NCBI GenBank assembly: GCA_011364925.1
Contig: RDOA01000021.1
Location: forward strand, 1 to 37,501
DNA: 37,501 nucleotides
Direction of reading: 5' to 3'
From: Promethearchaeota archaeon
GTDB lineage: Archaea; Asgardarchaeota; Lokiarchaeia; Sigyniarchaeales; SOKP01
How positions within the stretch are numbered: position 1 is the stretch's first letter; each line of letters begins with the position of its first letter. The notes under the pieces were generated by a model. It was not told the DNA's origin and did not search any database. It saw only the letters and a list, made by a program, of their open reading frames with translations. Below are positions 29,892 to 37,501 of the stretch, piece by piece. Made by a program: the position numbers and the translations under genes.

Positions 29892-31055
29892 TTATATGTT
29901 TGTCCCTAAATCCAGAGTAGTGTCTCGTATTTGAGTGTCACCACTAATTTTACTATTAGGTGCTACAATTGCATTATGTAAAACGACATTTTCCCCGATT
30001 TCGCAGTTATTACACACTATTGAACCATCGATATGGCACCCCGCTCCTATGTTTACATCATCCCAGATAACACTTTTCTCTATTATTGTATCTTCACCTA
30101 TTTTAACACGGTTTCCAATAGAGGTAAGTGGCTTTATACTAACTCTGTTAAAAAGGTCAACATTCTCTCCAAAACATGTAGGTTTTTCGATACTTACATT
30201 TTGACCCGAATTGATAATCCCCATAACAAATACTCCATCGTACTCTTCTCCATTTGGAGTAATTGGCCAAGAATATTTTCGTAGTAAATCCCAATTTGCC
30301 CATAAATAAGTTTGAGCGTTTCCACAATCAAGCCAATAGTAACTCTTGACAAATCCATATAAATTATAAAAATTTTCAAGGAGATAAGGAAAAACTTCAC
30401 TACCGAAATCCATTAAATTCGTCTCATGTAATATCTCGCCGATTTCCTTTTTAAAACAATAGATTCCTGTGTTAATAACATTTGTATGCAAAAATAAGTC
30501 AGTTCTTTGAGCCATACTGCTTAAGTAAAGTTCCATAGGTGCGGGTTTTTCTAAGAATAAATATATCTTTCTATTATTATCGAGAAGAACAACGCCATAT
30601 TCGCTTGTATGACTTTCACTCGTTTTCATTGAAATGGTGCTTATTCCTCCTTTTTCTTTGTGGAAATCCATAAAATCTCTCATTGGAAGATTTGTAACGA
30701 TATCTGCCATACTCACTACTATATTCTCAGAATCTATTCTATCTTGCAATAGTCTGTATGCATCTGCAGTACCGTGACTTTTTTGAACCATGCATTCTAA
30801 CTCAACATCACCCAGTTTGTCGGGGGTCCATGTTTTTTCTATGTATTCTTTTAATTCCTTACCCATGTAAGCCAAAGCAAGTATGATGTGTTTTATATCT
30901 GCGTAAATAAGATGAGCTATGGAATAATCTACCATAGGTTTGTTCGTAACCTTCACTAGCGGTTTGGGAATCAGTGAGGTTAGAGGTAGAAGTCGTGTAC
31001 CTCTACCTCCAGCGAGAATTATGGCAGACCATTCTTTCATATTGAGAACCTCCAA
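29892..31055 (-). CDS. NDP-sugar pyrophosphorylase (mannose-1-P guanylyltransferase/GlgC-like) with left-handed beta helix
   Basis: ILAGGRGTRLLPLT...PKPL, GTADA, FLEKP, INTGIY, DFGSEVFP, YWLDCG, hexapeptide repeats. Confidence 0.9.
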   Translation of the reverse strand: MEVLNMKEWSAIILAGGRGTRLLPLTSLIPKPLVKVTNKPMVDYSIAHLIYADIKHIILALAYMGKELKEYIEKTWTPDKLGDVELECMVQKSHGTADAYRLLQDRIDSENIVVSMADIVTNLPMRDFMDFHKEKGGISTISMKTSESHTSEYGVVLLDNNRKIYLFLEKPAPMELYLSSMAQRTDLFLHTNVINTGIYCFKKEIGEILHETNLMDFGSEVFPYLLENFYNLYGFVKSYYWLDCGNAQTYLWANWDLLRKYSWPITPNGEEYDGVFVMGIINSGQNVSIEKPTCFGENVDLFNRVSIKPLTSIGNRVKIGEDTIIEKSVIWDDVNIGAGCHIDGSIVCNNCEIGENVVLHNAIVAPNSKISGDTQIRDTTLDLGTNI

Positions 31056-31109
31056 AAAATTAACATTAAATATATCGTGAACAATCGATATAAATCTATT
31101 AACATTCCA

Positions 31110-32342
31110 TTACATTAGATATTTTTCAATTGATTTTCGAATTTCACTCGCAGCTATATGGGGCAATTTACGCGCAACTCTCATATCTTCCACCATCTCA
31201 GCTCCTCCAATAATCTCGTGAGGAATAATATCACCGAATAAGTGAAAATTTGCATCGTAGTGAAATGGACAACAGTTAAAAAGTATATTCCGATTCTTCT
31301 CAATTGAAATATCATCCATACCTTGGAAGATAACCTTTAAAGTTTTAGCAAGATCGATAATTTGGTTGATCTTTAATTGAGAGAACCTTCGTATATGTTC
31401 GTTTGGATGAAATCGTATGTGATAGTTTCTTACTGGGCTCCCTGTGGTGTAAAATGTCCAAAATTGAGTTTCAAGAATAACGCGATCGCTATTTCCGTGT
31501 GTAGTCTGACAAAGATGACATTTATCTCCCATTTCTTTAAAAGCTTCTAAGTGTCCTTCTAGTCTACTTCCATGACCATCCATATTTAAATCAATATAAA
31601 CCTGACTATGTATACGCGGCTGTGATCCTCCTACTTTTAATCCTATATTAAAAAATGGAGATACTGGAATATCATAGAAATCTCGTTCGATTGCCTCTTC
31701 AATACAATAAAGAATTGAAGCTTTCATAGACAAGAATATACTTGCTAATATATCCTCTGGAATCAAATTAAAACATAGTGAAGGATAGAATTTCCTTGAA
31801 ATTGTGACCAAATTTATGCCTTTTGAGAGCTTTATATGTGAGGGTAATTTTTCATTTATTAATTTTTCAATATCGGGATCAACAATTCGAGCCATTGAAG
31901 GATACCTGTTAATCAGAGTTAAAGCTTTACAATCATCTGACACTCTTCGGCTTTTGTGTGGCATCTCTAAAAAGGGATTGTCTTTCCTTTTCTCGTCCTC
32001 AGCAATTATAATCGTGTAACCATCACCTAACTGGATTCCCCAATCATTATATGTAGCTTTCCCTTCAGTTACCGATGTGAAGATATCTTTGTGCCTTAGA
32101 GCAATTTTCTTGGAGCAATCATAAAATTGTCTTTTTTCTTCAGCACTAGTAAAACCATGGGGCCTGGCGCCTCTAATTGGCGAGATGTATGCGAAATGTC
32201 CATAATATTTTTTATGTTCCTTTCTAAGCCCAAAATCTTCAGTTCTTATGGCTAATGTCGATAATGGATCCCATCGCTTAGTTGGAACATCGTACGTAGT
32301 TTTACCAACAAAATTTTCCTTGCTTATAATACCCCACTCCAT
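31110..32342 (-). CDS. GalT-like HIT-superfamily nucleotidyltransferase/phosphorylase, divergent
   Basis: RGARP, NRYPS, NIGLKVGGSQPRIHSQ, CHLC, second HIT-like half. Confidence 0.7.
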   Translation of the reverse strand: MEWGIISKENFVGKTTYDVPTKRWDPLSTLAIRTEDFGLRKEHKKYYGHFAYISPIRGARPHGFTSAEEKRQFYDCSKKIALRHKDIFTSVTEGKATYNDWGIQLGDGYTIIIAEDEKRKDNPFLEMPHKSRRVSDDCKALTLINRYPSMARIVDPDIEKLINEKLPSHIKLSKGINLVTISRKFYPSLCFNLIPEDILASIFLSMKASILYCIEEAIERDFYDIPVSPFFNIGLKVGGSQPRIHSQVYIDLNMDGHGSRLEGHLEAFKEMGDKCHLCQTTHGNSDRVILETQFWTFYTTGSPVRNYHIRFHPNEHIRRFSQLKINQIIDLAKTLKVIFQGMDDISIEKNRNILFNCCPFHYDANFHLFGDIIPHEIIGGAEMVEDMRVARKLPHIAASEIRKSIEKYLM

Positions 32343-32563
32343 AAAATCAGGAAAGGGTTGCTTAGTTGTGATTTTATTACACCCTTATGTTTGCGATATT
32401 AATTTAATAAGAACTGCCACTATTAAATATTTGACTTAAACTTTGTTAGTTAATGAGTATTCTTTCTACTCAATAAAACATTTTACAATACTTAAAAAAT
32501 CATCTAGACAAATTGAAAATTTTTAGGATAAATTACTTTTATAACAATAATTTGTTCAATTTT

Positions 32564-32590
32564 AAAAAAAAAAGAAAAAAGAAAAAGAAA
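32564..32590 (-). terminator. Oligo-U tract terminator downstream of the RHH gene
   Basis: 27-nt A/G run on +, i.e. a T-rich pyrimidine tract on -, about 55 nt after the stop. Confidence 0.5.
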
Positions 32591-32646
32591 CTCGTTGGTA
32601 CTACAAATTTTTCACAAAATATAATTAACTGCGTATTTAGATAATT

Positions 32647-32937
32647 CTAGTATTCTAACCTCTTTAAAATTTTGTAGGTTTTAAATTCTCGTACGGGTTC
32701 GGAGTTTTCATTCACTCCTTCTATTGGTACTCTTACAAAATTTTCATCGTCAAAATCTTCTATCTCGACTTCATTATATTTTGCCATATTATTAGCGAGT
32801 TTAAGTTCTTTTATAAGGAAATCTCGGACTGCACATCTAATTAGTTCTGATCGACTTGGGTACAATCCTTCTTGTCCTATTAATTTATTTATTGCATCTA
32901 CATAACTTTCAGGTACATTCACTGTTACTATTTTCAT
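32647..32937 (-). CDS. Ribbon-helix-helix (CopG/Arc/MetJ) transcriptional regulator
   Basis: MKIVTVNVPESYVDAINKLI...YPSRSELIRCAVRDFL. Confidence 0.9.
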   Translation of the reverse strand: MKIVTVNVPESYVDAINKLIGQEGLYPSRSELIRCAVRDFLIKELKLANNMAKYNEVEIEDFDDENFVRVPIEGVNENSEPVREFKTYKILKRLEY

Positions 32938-33304
32938 CCAATCGCCTTAACCATATTTTTTTCCGATTGTTCTGTATATAATTATTTATACCAAAATAAT
33001 ATATAAACATTATTTTTTAGTGGGTTAATATATTATAATAAAATAATTTTTACCAAAATCTATAATATGCATAATTATTCCTTTTTTTATTAATTTTGGT
33101 TTTATTTCTAAAAGTAAAGATTTGTCCCTCGTTTCTAATGTTATCCATGAAAATATTTTTGAAAAATTTTTAAATTAAATAAAATTATTCTAGAATTTTA
33201 GATTTCTAATTTACAAAAAATGTCGAACATTTAAATTTGGATCAAAAATTTATATGTCACATTTTTCACAAGAAAATTTTGAAATGAGCAAATAATGTAA
33301 AATA

Positions 33305-33363
33305 TTGGCGGACTCGACCAACTGAGCGAACTCCAATAAGAGATATCGCTCAGCGATTCAATC
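33305..33363. other. GC-rich intergenic stem-loop element (candidate structured RNA or terminator)
   Basis: Perfect 8-bp inverted repeat CTGAGCGA (33322-33329)/TCGCTCAG (33346-33353) with an inner CTC/GAG stem, in an extremely AT-rich spacer. Confidence 0.45.
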
Positions 33364-33485
33364 TTCTAGATATTATGATATAATATTTGGTATTCCAACT
33401 AATATTCGCAAAATCATTAATTAATTTACGATCTTAATGTTATAGAAGAAAATTAGATAAAATTATCGTTGAAACTCCTACTAAT

Positions 33486-34511
33486 TTAATATTCCCCATC
33501 AAGACTGACAACATTAATTAGATTTTCTTGTCCCATGGCTATACGAGAAATATTTTCGACTACTTCCTCCCACCTTAACAAATCATTGAAAGGTGAATAC
33601 CCCCTATGTGGTGATAAAACAATATTATCAAGAGTATGAAAAGGAAAGTTGTAAGGGTATTTTAGGCCATCTTTATCTGGTTCTGGGTGATAATCATACC
33701 AGACATCTATAGCTGCACCTTTAATTGTTTTGTTTTTCAGTGCGTTGTAAAGATCTTCTTGATTTATTATTTCTCCTCTTGCAACATTAACAATTAACCC
33801 CTCTTCTCCCAATAATTCAATTTCTTCCGTCTTAATTAAACCTTTGGTTAAGGAAGTTACTGGGAGAGCTACTATTAATATATCGATTACTTTTAAGAAG
33901 TCGATAAGTTGTGAAAAAACATACCTATTTACCGGCGTAGGCATATCACCTTTTTGTTTACTCCAGTCGTTCCTTAAGATATGGAATTCCACATTAAAAC
34001 CTGAAAGAAATCGATGAACTTTCTGATTAATAGCTCCATAGCCTAAAAGTCCAATATTTCTAAAACGTAATGGTATTGATTGTGCATCTTTATCACCAGT
34101 GCGCCATCTTCCTTCTTTCATCCAAATGTGGTGGGGTATGGTTTTACTCATAAGAGTTAAAAGGAGTGCTACAGCATGTTGAGCTACAAAGTATGAGTTT
34201 CCATGCCCATTGATTAGTGAAATCTTCCGTTCCTTGTTTATGAGCCTAAATAAATCCAATAAGTGATTAACACCTGCACCAGGGTTGATAAAGACTTTAA
34301 GGTTAATAGCATTTTGTAAAATTGTTTTAGAGGGTCTCCAACCAATTAATACATCAACTTTAGGGACAATTTTTAATAGATTTTCTTCAGAAGTATCTTC
34401 GGGAAAAATCATCTTTACATTTGGAACATCTTTAAGATTTACTGTCAAGTAATTCTGAACTTCCTTTGAAACAGGAGAAGTAAAACAGACTGTAGTTTCC
34501 TTTACACTCAT
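33486..34511 (-). CDS. D-isomer-specific 2-hydroxyacid dehydrogenase
   Basis: GAGVNHL, VAQHA, IGLLGYGAI, LPVTSLTKGLI, NVARG, AAIDVW, LSPHRG. Confidence 0.9.
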   Translation of the reverse strand: MSVKETTVCFTSPVSKEVQNYLTVNLKDVPNVKMIFPEDTSEENLLKIVPKVDVLIGWRPSKTILQNAINLKVFINPGAGVNHLLDLFRLINKERKISLINGHGNSYFVAQHAVALLLTLMSKTIPHHIWMKEGRWRTGDKDAQSIPLRFRNIGLLGYGAINQKVHRFLSGFNVEFHILRNDWSKQKGDMPTPVNRYVFSQLIDFLKVIDILIVALPVTSLTKGLIKTEEIELLGEEGLIVNVARGEIINQEDLYNALKNKTIKGAAIDVWYDYHPEPDKDGLKYPYNFPFHTLDNIVLSPHRGYSPFNDLLRWEEVVENISRIAMGQENLINVVSLDGEY

Positions 34512-34634
34512 TATATCTTCACAATAATCTTGAATATAAAAATATAATACCTACTATATTTTAAATAAATTTTTATATTCTTTTCGTTGCTATATTTATA
34601 AAAAGAAACTAACCGAAAGAGTAAGGTATAGAAA

Positions 34635-36023
34635 TTGTCAGAAGCGAAACTGTTTGAAATCTTTATAAATAGTCTAAATTTCGATGTAAGCGAATATCTA
34701 GTTGACGAGCTTACAGATCTTCAAAAAGATATCATAAACGATGCTACTTTCATTCTAAAAGATAATATTGTAGGAGAAGTAAAATCTTTTGGAGGATCCG
34801 TGAAAAAGAACGAGGAAAAGTTTAAAGAGTTTATGAAACAAGCCGAAGCAGAGCTTGAAGATGACAAGTATAAAGATATAAAAAAAAAGTTAAAAGAATA
34901 CCTTAAAAAACTTTCAGAATTAGTAATTAAAACTTGCGTAGCAATAATTCCCGTAAAAGAAATGCCATGGGTTGATGTAGTCTTTCGGACGATCCCCCGG
35001 ATTGTATATGATGATAAAGTAGAACTTTTAGATAATTCTATTGCCTACTACGGAGAGATTAAATGCTTTTTAGGGAGAACCACTTTATTCGGGAAGATCA
35101 AAGATCAAGATCCCTTATTTGCTCCTTTCACGGGAAATTTAGACCTTGGAGGCTACAAATTAGATACATCAAAAGAAGAACCTAAATCTCATATATTTCC
35201 TTATATCGGTGCTCTAATAAATTCGCTAGAATCTGTTATAGTAAAAAATCAACTGGCCAAATATCACGAAGAATTTCAAAGGCACGGGGATCCTATATGC
35301 GATTTTTTAATGAAAGACGATGAACTAATCAATTCAATGAAAAAAGTTTCCACTGCTTTAGATTCTGGAAGAATTTCATCAGACATAGCCGTGAGTAGTA
35401 TTGTCGTACCTTTACCATCTGATAAAAAAAGTATTGTAATAGTAATTGACGAAAATCCAGAAAATTCTCGATATGGAAATTGTTTTGAAGCTACACTAAG
35501 ATTATCCGCTTCGTGTTGCCAAGTCCCTTCACAAGGTCAACAAGAACAGTCTCAAGGCGCCCCTATTTCCACACCCTCTACAGGGGGCGTTAGAACCCCT
35601 GGAGGGCAAGAATTGAAAACTTGGACTGCAGAAGAACTCGCAAATGAGGCTCAGAAAAGATTAGCAGGTCAGCCAGATCTTCCAGCTTGGAGTGAAGAGG
35701 AATTAGTAAAATTCTCTGAAGAGCGAGGATCCGGTATACCTGAAGGGATGGAAGTTTGGAAAGAAGATGAACTTTTGGAGTTAGCAGAAAAGAGAAGAAG
35801 AGGAGGTTTAAATATTCCTGAATGGGAACCCGATCAGGATATGGCAGAATGTGCTAGTTGTGGATATAGTTTAAGGCCTGGTTGGACGACATGTCCCGTG
35901 TGTGACACTCCTGTTGGAGAAGTACCTTCTAAAGAGGAAAAAGAAGAACCAGAAGTTAATCCTGAAGAAGATCAAAAAGACGTTTCAGAAAAAGAAATTG
36001 ATGATGATGAGGATTTAGATTAA
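34635..36023 (+). CDS. Hypothetical protein with Trp repeats, C-terminal Zn ribbon and acidic tail
   Basis: Three WxxE/DEL repeats, CASC-x10-CPVC, D/E-rich C-terminus. Confidence 0.75.
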   Translation: MSEAKLFEIFINSLNFDVSEYLVDELTDLQKDIINDATFILKDNIVGEVKSFGGSVKKNEEKFKEFMKQAEAELEDDKYKDIKKKLKEYLKKLSELVIKTCVAIIPVKEMPWVDVVFRTIPRIVYDDKVELLDNSIAYYGEIKCFLGRTTLFGKIKDQDPLFAPFTGNLDLGGYKLDTSKEEPKSHIFPYIGALINSLESVIVKNQLAKYHEEFQRHGDPICDFLMKDDELINSMKKVSTALDSGRISSDIAVSSIVVPLPSDKKSIVIVIDENPENSRYGNCFEATLRLSASCCQVPSQGQQEQSQGAPISTPSTGGVRTPGGQELKTWTAEELANEAQKRLAGQPDLPAWSEEELVKFSEERGSGIPEGMEVWKEDELLELAEKRRRGGLNIPEWEPDQDMAECASCGYSLRPGWTTCPVCDTPVGEVPSKEEKEEPEVNPEEDQKDVSEKEIDDDEDLD

Positions 36024-36181
36024 TAGTTGTTTTTTATACTTCCACCCTCTTAATTTATAATACTTTTTTTATGCTTGTTTTTTAATGAATCAATAGCATA
36101 AACTTTATAAGAAGGTTTAATCTTCCAATTCCAAACTTTTTTTAAGCATTTTTTATTTACATCCTTAAGGGAATAAGTGAT

Positions 36182-37225
36182 TTGGAGAATTCTGTGTTAC
36201 AAAAAATATTTCTTTTAAAACGTAAAAATCCTCACGATCTAAACAATCTTGATATCTATAGTTATCCCGAAGACATAGTTACTAAAGAGAATAATGATAT
36301 TGTGTTAAAAATCATTAATGGACATGATCATGGATCCCAATCAACCAAATGTAAGGAAAATATAAGAAGCGATAGAACTTCAGAAAGAAATACTAATCCT
36401 TTCGTAATCAGCAGCCCTATTTCGCAAGTTATTGGAAATCAAAACATTTTTACAATCTGCGTCAATTCTGAAATGCTTATTGGACTAATGTTTGAAAAAG
36501 ATGATAACCCCTTCGATTACAAAGAAATTTTTGAAGATTTGACAAATGAACTCCTTAATTCAGAACGATGTTGTTATTTTAAAGATGAGGTAGAAATTGA
36601 AAACTTCTTAATAACCTTATTTATTGATATAAAGCGTTTTGGTGACGAAATTCTTGAAGAAGCTTTAGATGTTTCATTCCAACCCTCAGGATTATTCACA
36701 AAAGTGTTTCTTTTTGGAATTGATAATGTTGGAAAGACATCATTAACTCGAAGACTAAAAACGGGTCAATATAACGACAATTTTTTTACACCAAATAAAA
36801 ACTTTAACATTGAATATATCCAAAGAGAAGACGGGCTTTTATCTATATGGGATAGCCCTGGACAGAGTACATTTAGAGAACGATGGTTATTAGGACTTCA
36901 AGATTCAAACATAATTATTTATATGATAGATGTCGCTAACCAATTGCGGTTCGAAGAATCAAAAAGCGAATTCTGGAAAATAATAAATCAGAATGAATTT
37001 AAAGACATCCCTCTTCTAATTTTGGGAAATAAAATCGATTTACTTAATCATAGCAATAATAATGATAATAGCGAATCTTTTGAAAGAACGAGAAAAGAAA
37101 TTATCCAATACTTTGATTTTGATAAATTAGAAAATAGTAATTGGAAGTTCATATTCACATCTGTTAAAACGAGTTATAATATTGAAGGGGTATTGAACAT
37201 GATCTTCAAACTAGTCTCTGAGTGA
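36182..37225 (+). CDS. Arf/Rag-like small GTPase fused to an N-terminal longin-like domain
   Basis: G1 GIDNVGKTS, G3 WDSPGQ, FRERW, G4 NKID, G5 TSVK; about 170-aa N-terminal alpha/beta domain. Confidence 0.85.
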   Translation: MENSVLQKIFLLKRKNPHDLNNLDIYSYPEDIVTKENNDIVLKIINGHDHGSQSTKCKENIRSDRTSERNTNPFVISSPISQVIGNQNIFTICVNSEMLIGLMFEKDDNPFDYKEIFEDLTNELLNSERCCYFKDEVEIENFLITLFIDIKRFGDEILEEALDVSFQPSGLFTKVFLFGIDNVGKTSLTRRLKTGQYNDNFFTPNKNFNIEYIQREDGLLSIWDSPGQSTFRERWLLGLQDSNIIIYMIDVANQLRFEESKSEFWKIINQNEFKDIPLLILGNKIDLLNHSNNNDNSESFERTRKEIIQYFDFDKLENSNWKFIFTSVKTSYNIEGVLNMIFKLVSE

Positions 37226-37345
37226 GCTTTACGATTATACTTTCTTATATCCATAAATTTATATAGCTAGCCATTTAAATTTCTATTATATTACTTTAAA
37301 AATATGATTAAGTAAGATTCCCGATTACTCGACAAGGTAAATATC

Positions 37346-37501
37346 ATGTTCAAAAGATTAAAAAAAGAACTCCAGATAAATATTGAAGAAAAGGAAGGAC
37401 AACTCTTCTTAGGCGATAAGAATAAAGATATGAGGCTTGTAATGCTTCGCCCTAACGAAATTATGGAATTTTGCGAATTTGCTGGAACAAACGCCGAAGA
37501 T
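37346..37501 (+). CDS. 5' end of a protein, possibly V4R/XylR-N-like (partial)
   Basis: ATG 37346 after AAGGT; open to the window end: MFKRLKKELQINIEEKEGQLFLGDKNKDMRLVMLRPNEIMEFCEF. Confidence 0.55.
   Translation, partial: MFKRLKKELQINIEEKEGQLFLGDKNKDMRLVMLRPNEIMEFCEFAGTNAED

Noticed and set aside
3823-32439. Short overlapping ORFs in the track (e.g. 3823..4194+, 10984..11340-, 19352..19687-, 22428..22709-, 29935..30204+, 32248..32439+)
   Set aside because: Antisense or alternate-frame shadows of well-supported genes, with no recognisable motifs.
33305-33363. SECIS element or tRNA
   Set aside because: No clear tandem GA core or cloverleaf, and no neighbouring gene with an in-frame TGA at a Cys position.
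33486-34511. Functional link between the 2-hydroxyacid dehydrogenase and the dehydratase operon
   Set aside because: Biochemically plausible but 30 kb apart, with no CoA-transferase in the window.
1-37501. CRISPR arrays, IS elements, rRNA/tRNA genes, prophage or defence genes
   Set aside because: No regularly spaced repeats, transposase/integrase motifs or recognisable RNA genes were seen by eye.

Overview
AT-rich archaeal chromosome, most likely Asgard (Lokiarchaeia-like). This is inferred from RadA, a tRNA splicing endonuclease, an Arf-like GTPase fused to a longin-like domain, and GGTGA-type SD motifs. Contents in order: a 2-hydroxyacyl-CoA dehydratase operon; two paralogous VIT1/CCC1-like membrane proteins divergent from a DUF47/PhoU-like gene; an unusually ordered A/V-type ATPase cluster (K-C-H-F-E-A-B-D-I); a membrane-anchored double zinc-ribbon protein; and a second full-length A subunit whose catalytic GERGNE motif reads GEPGNE. 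Then endA, MEMO1, a coiled-coil protein, PfkB, OsmC and radA; an alpha-glucan/sugar-nucleotide cluster with a degenerate phosphomannomutase; an RHH regulator; a GC-rich intergenic hairpin; a 2-hydroxyacid dehydrogenase; a Trp-repeat/Zn-ribbon protein; and the GTPase. The best candidate for a new system is the ATPase cluster with its apparent pseudo-catalytic extra A subunit and Zn-ribbon protein, next to a VIT1-like pair and DUF47 (possibly a proton-pump-energised metal/phosphate module). Three ATPase genes (C, E, D) have conserved N-termini with no in-frame ATG/GTG/TTG. All family calls come from motif recognition by eye; no searches were run.
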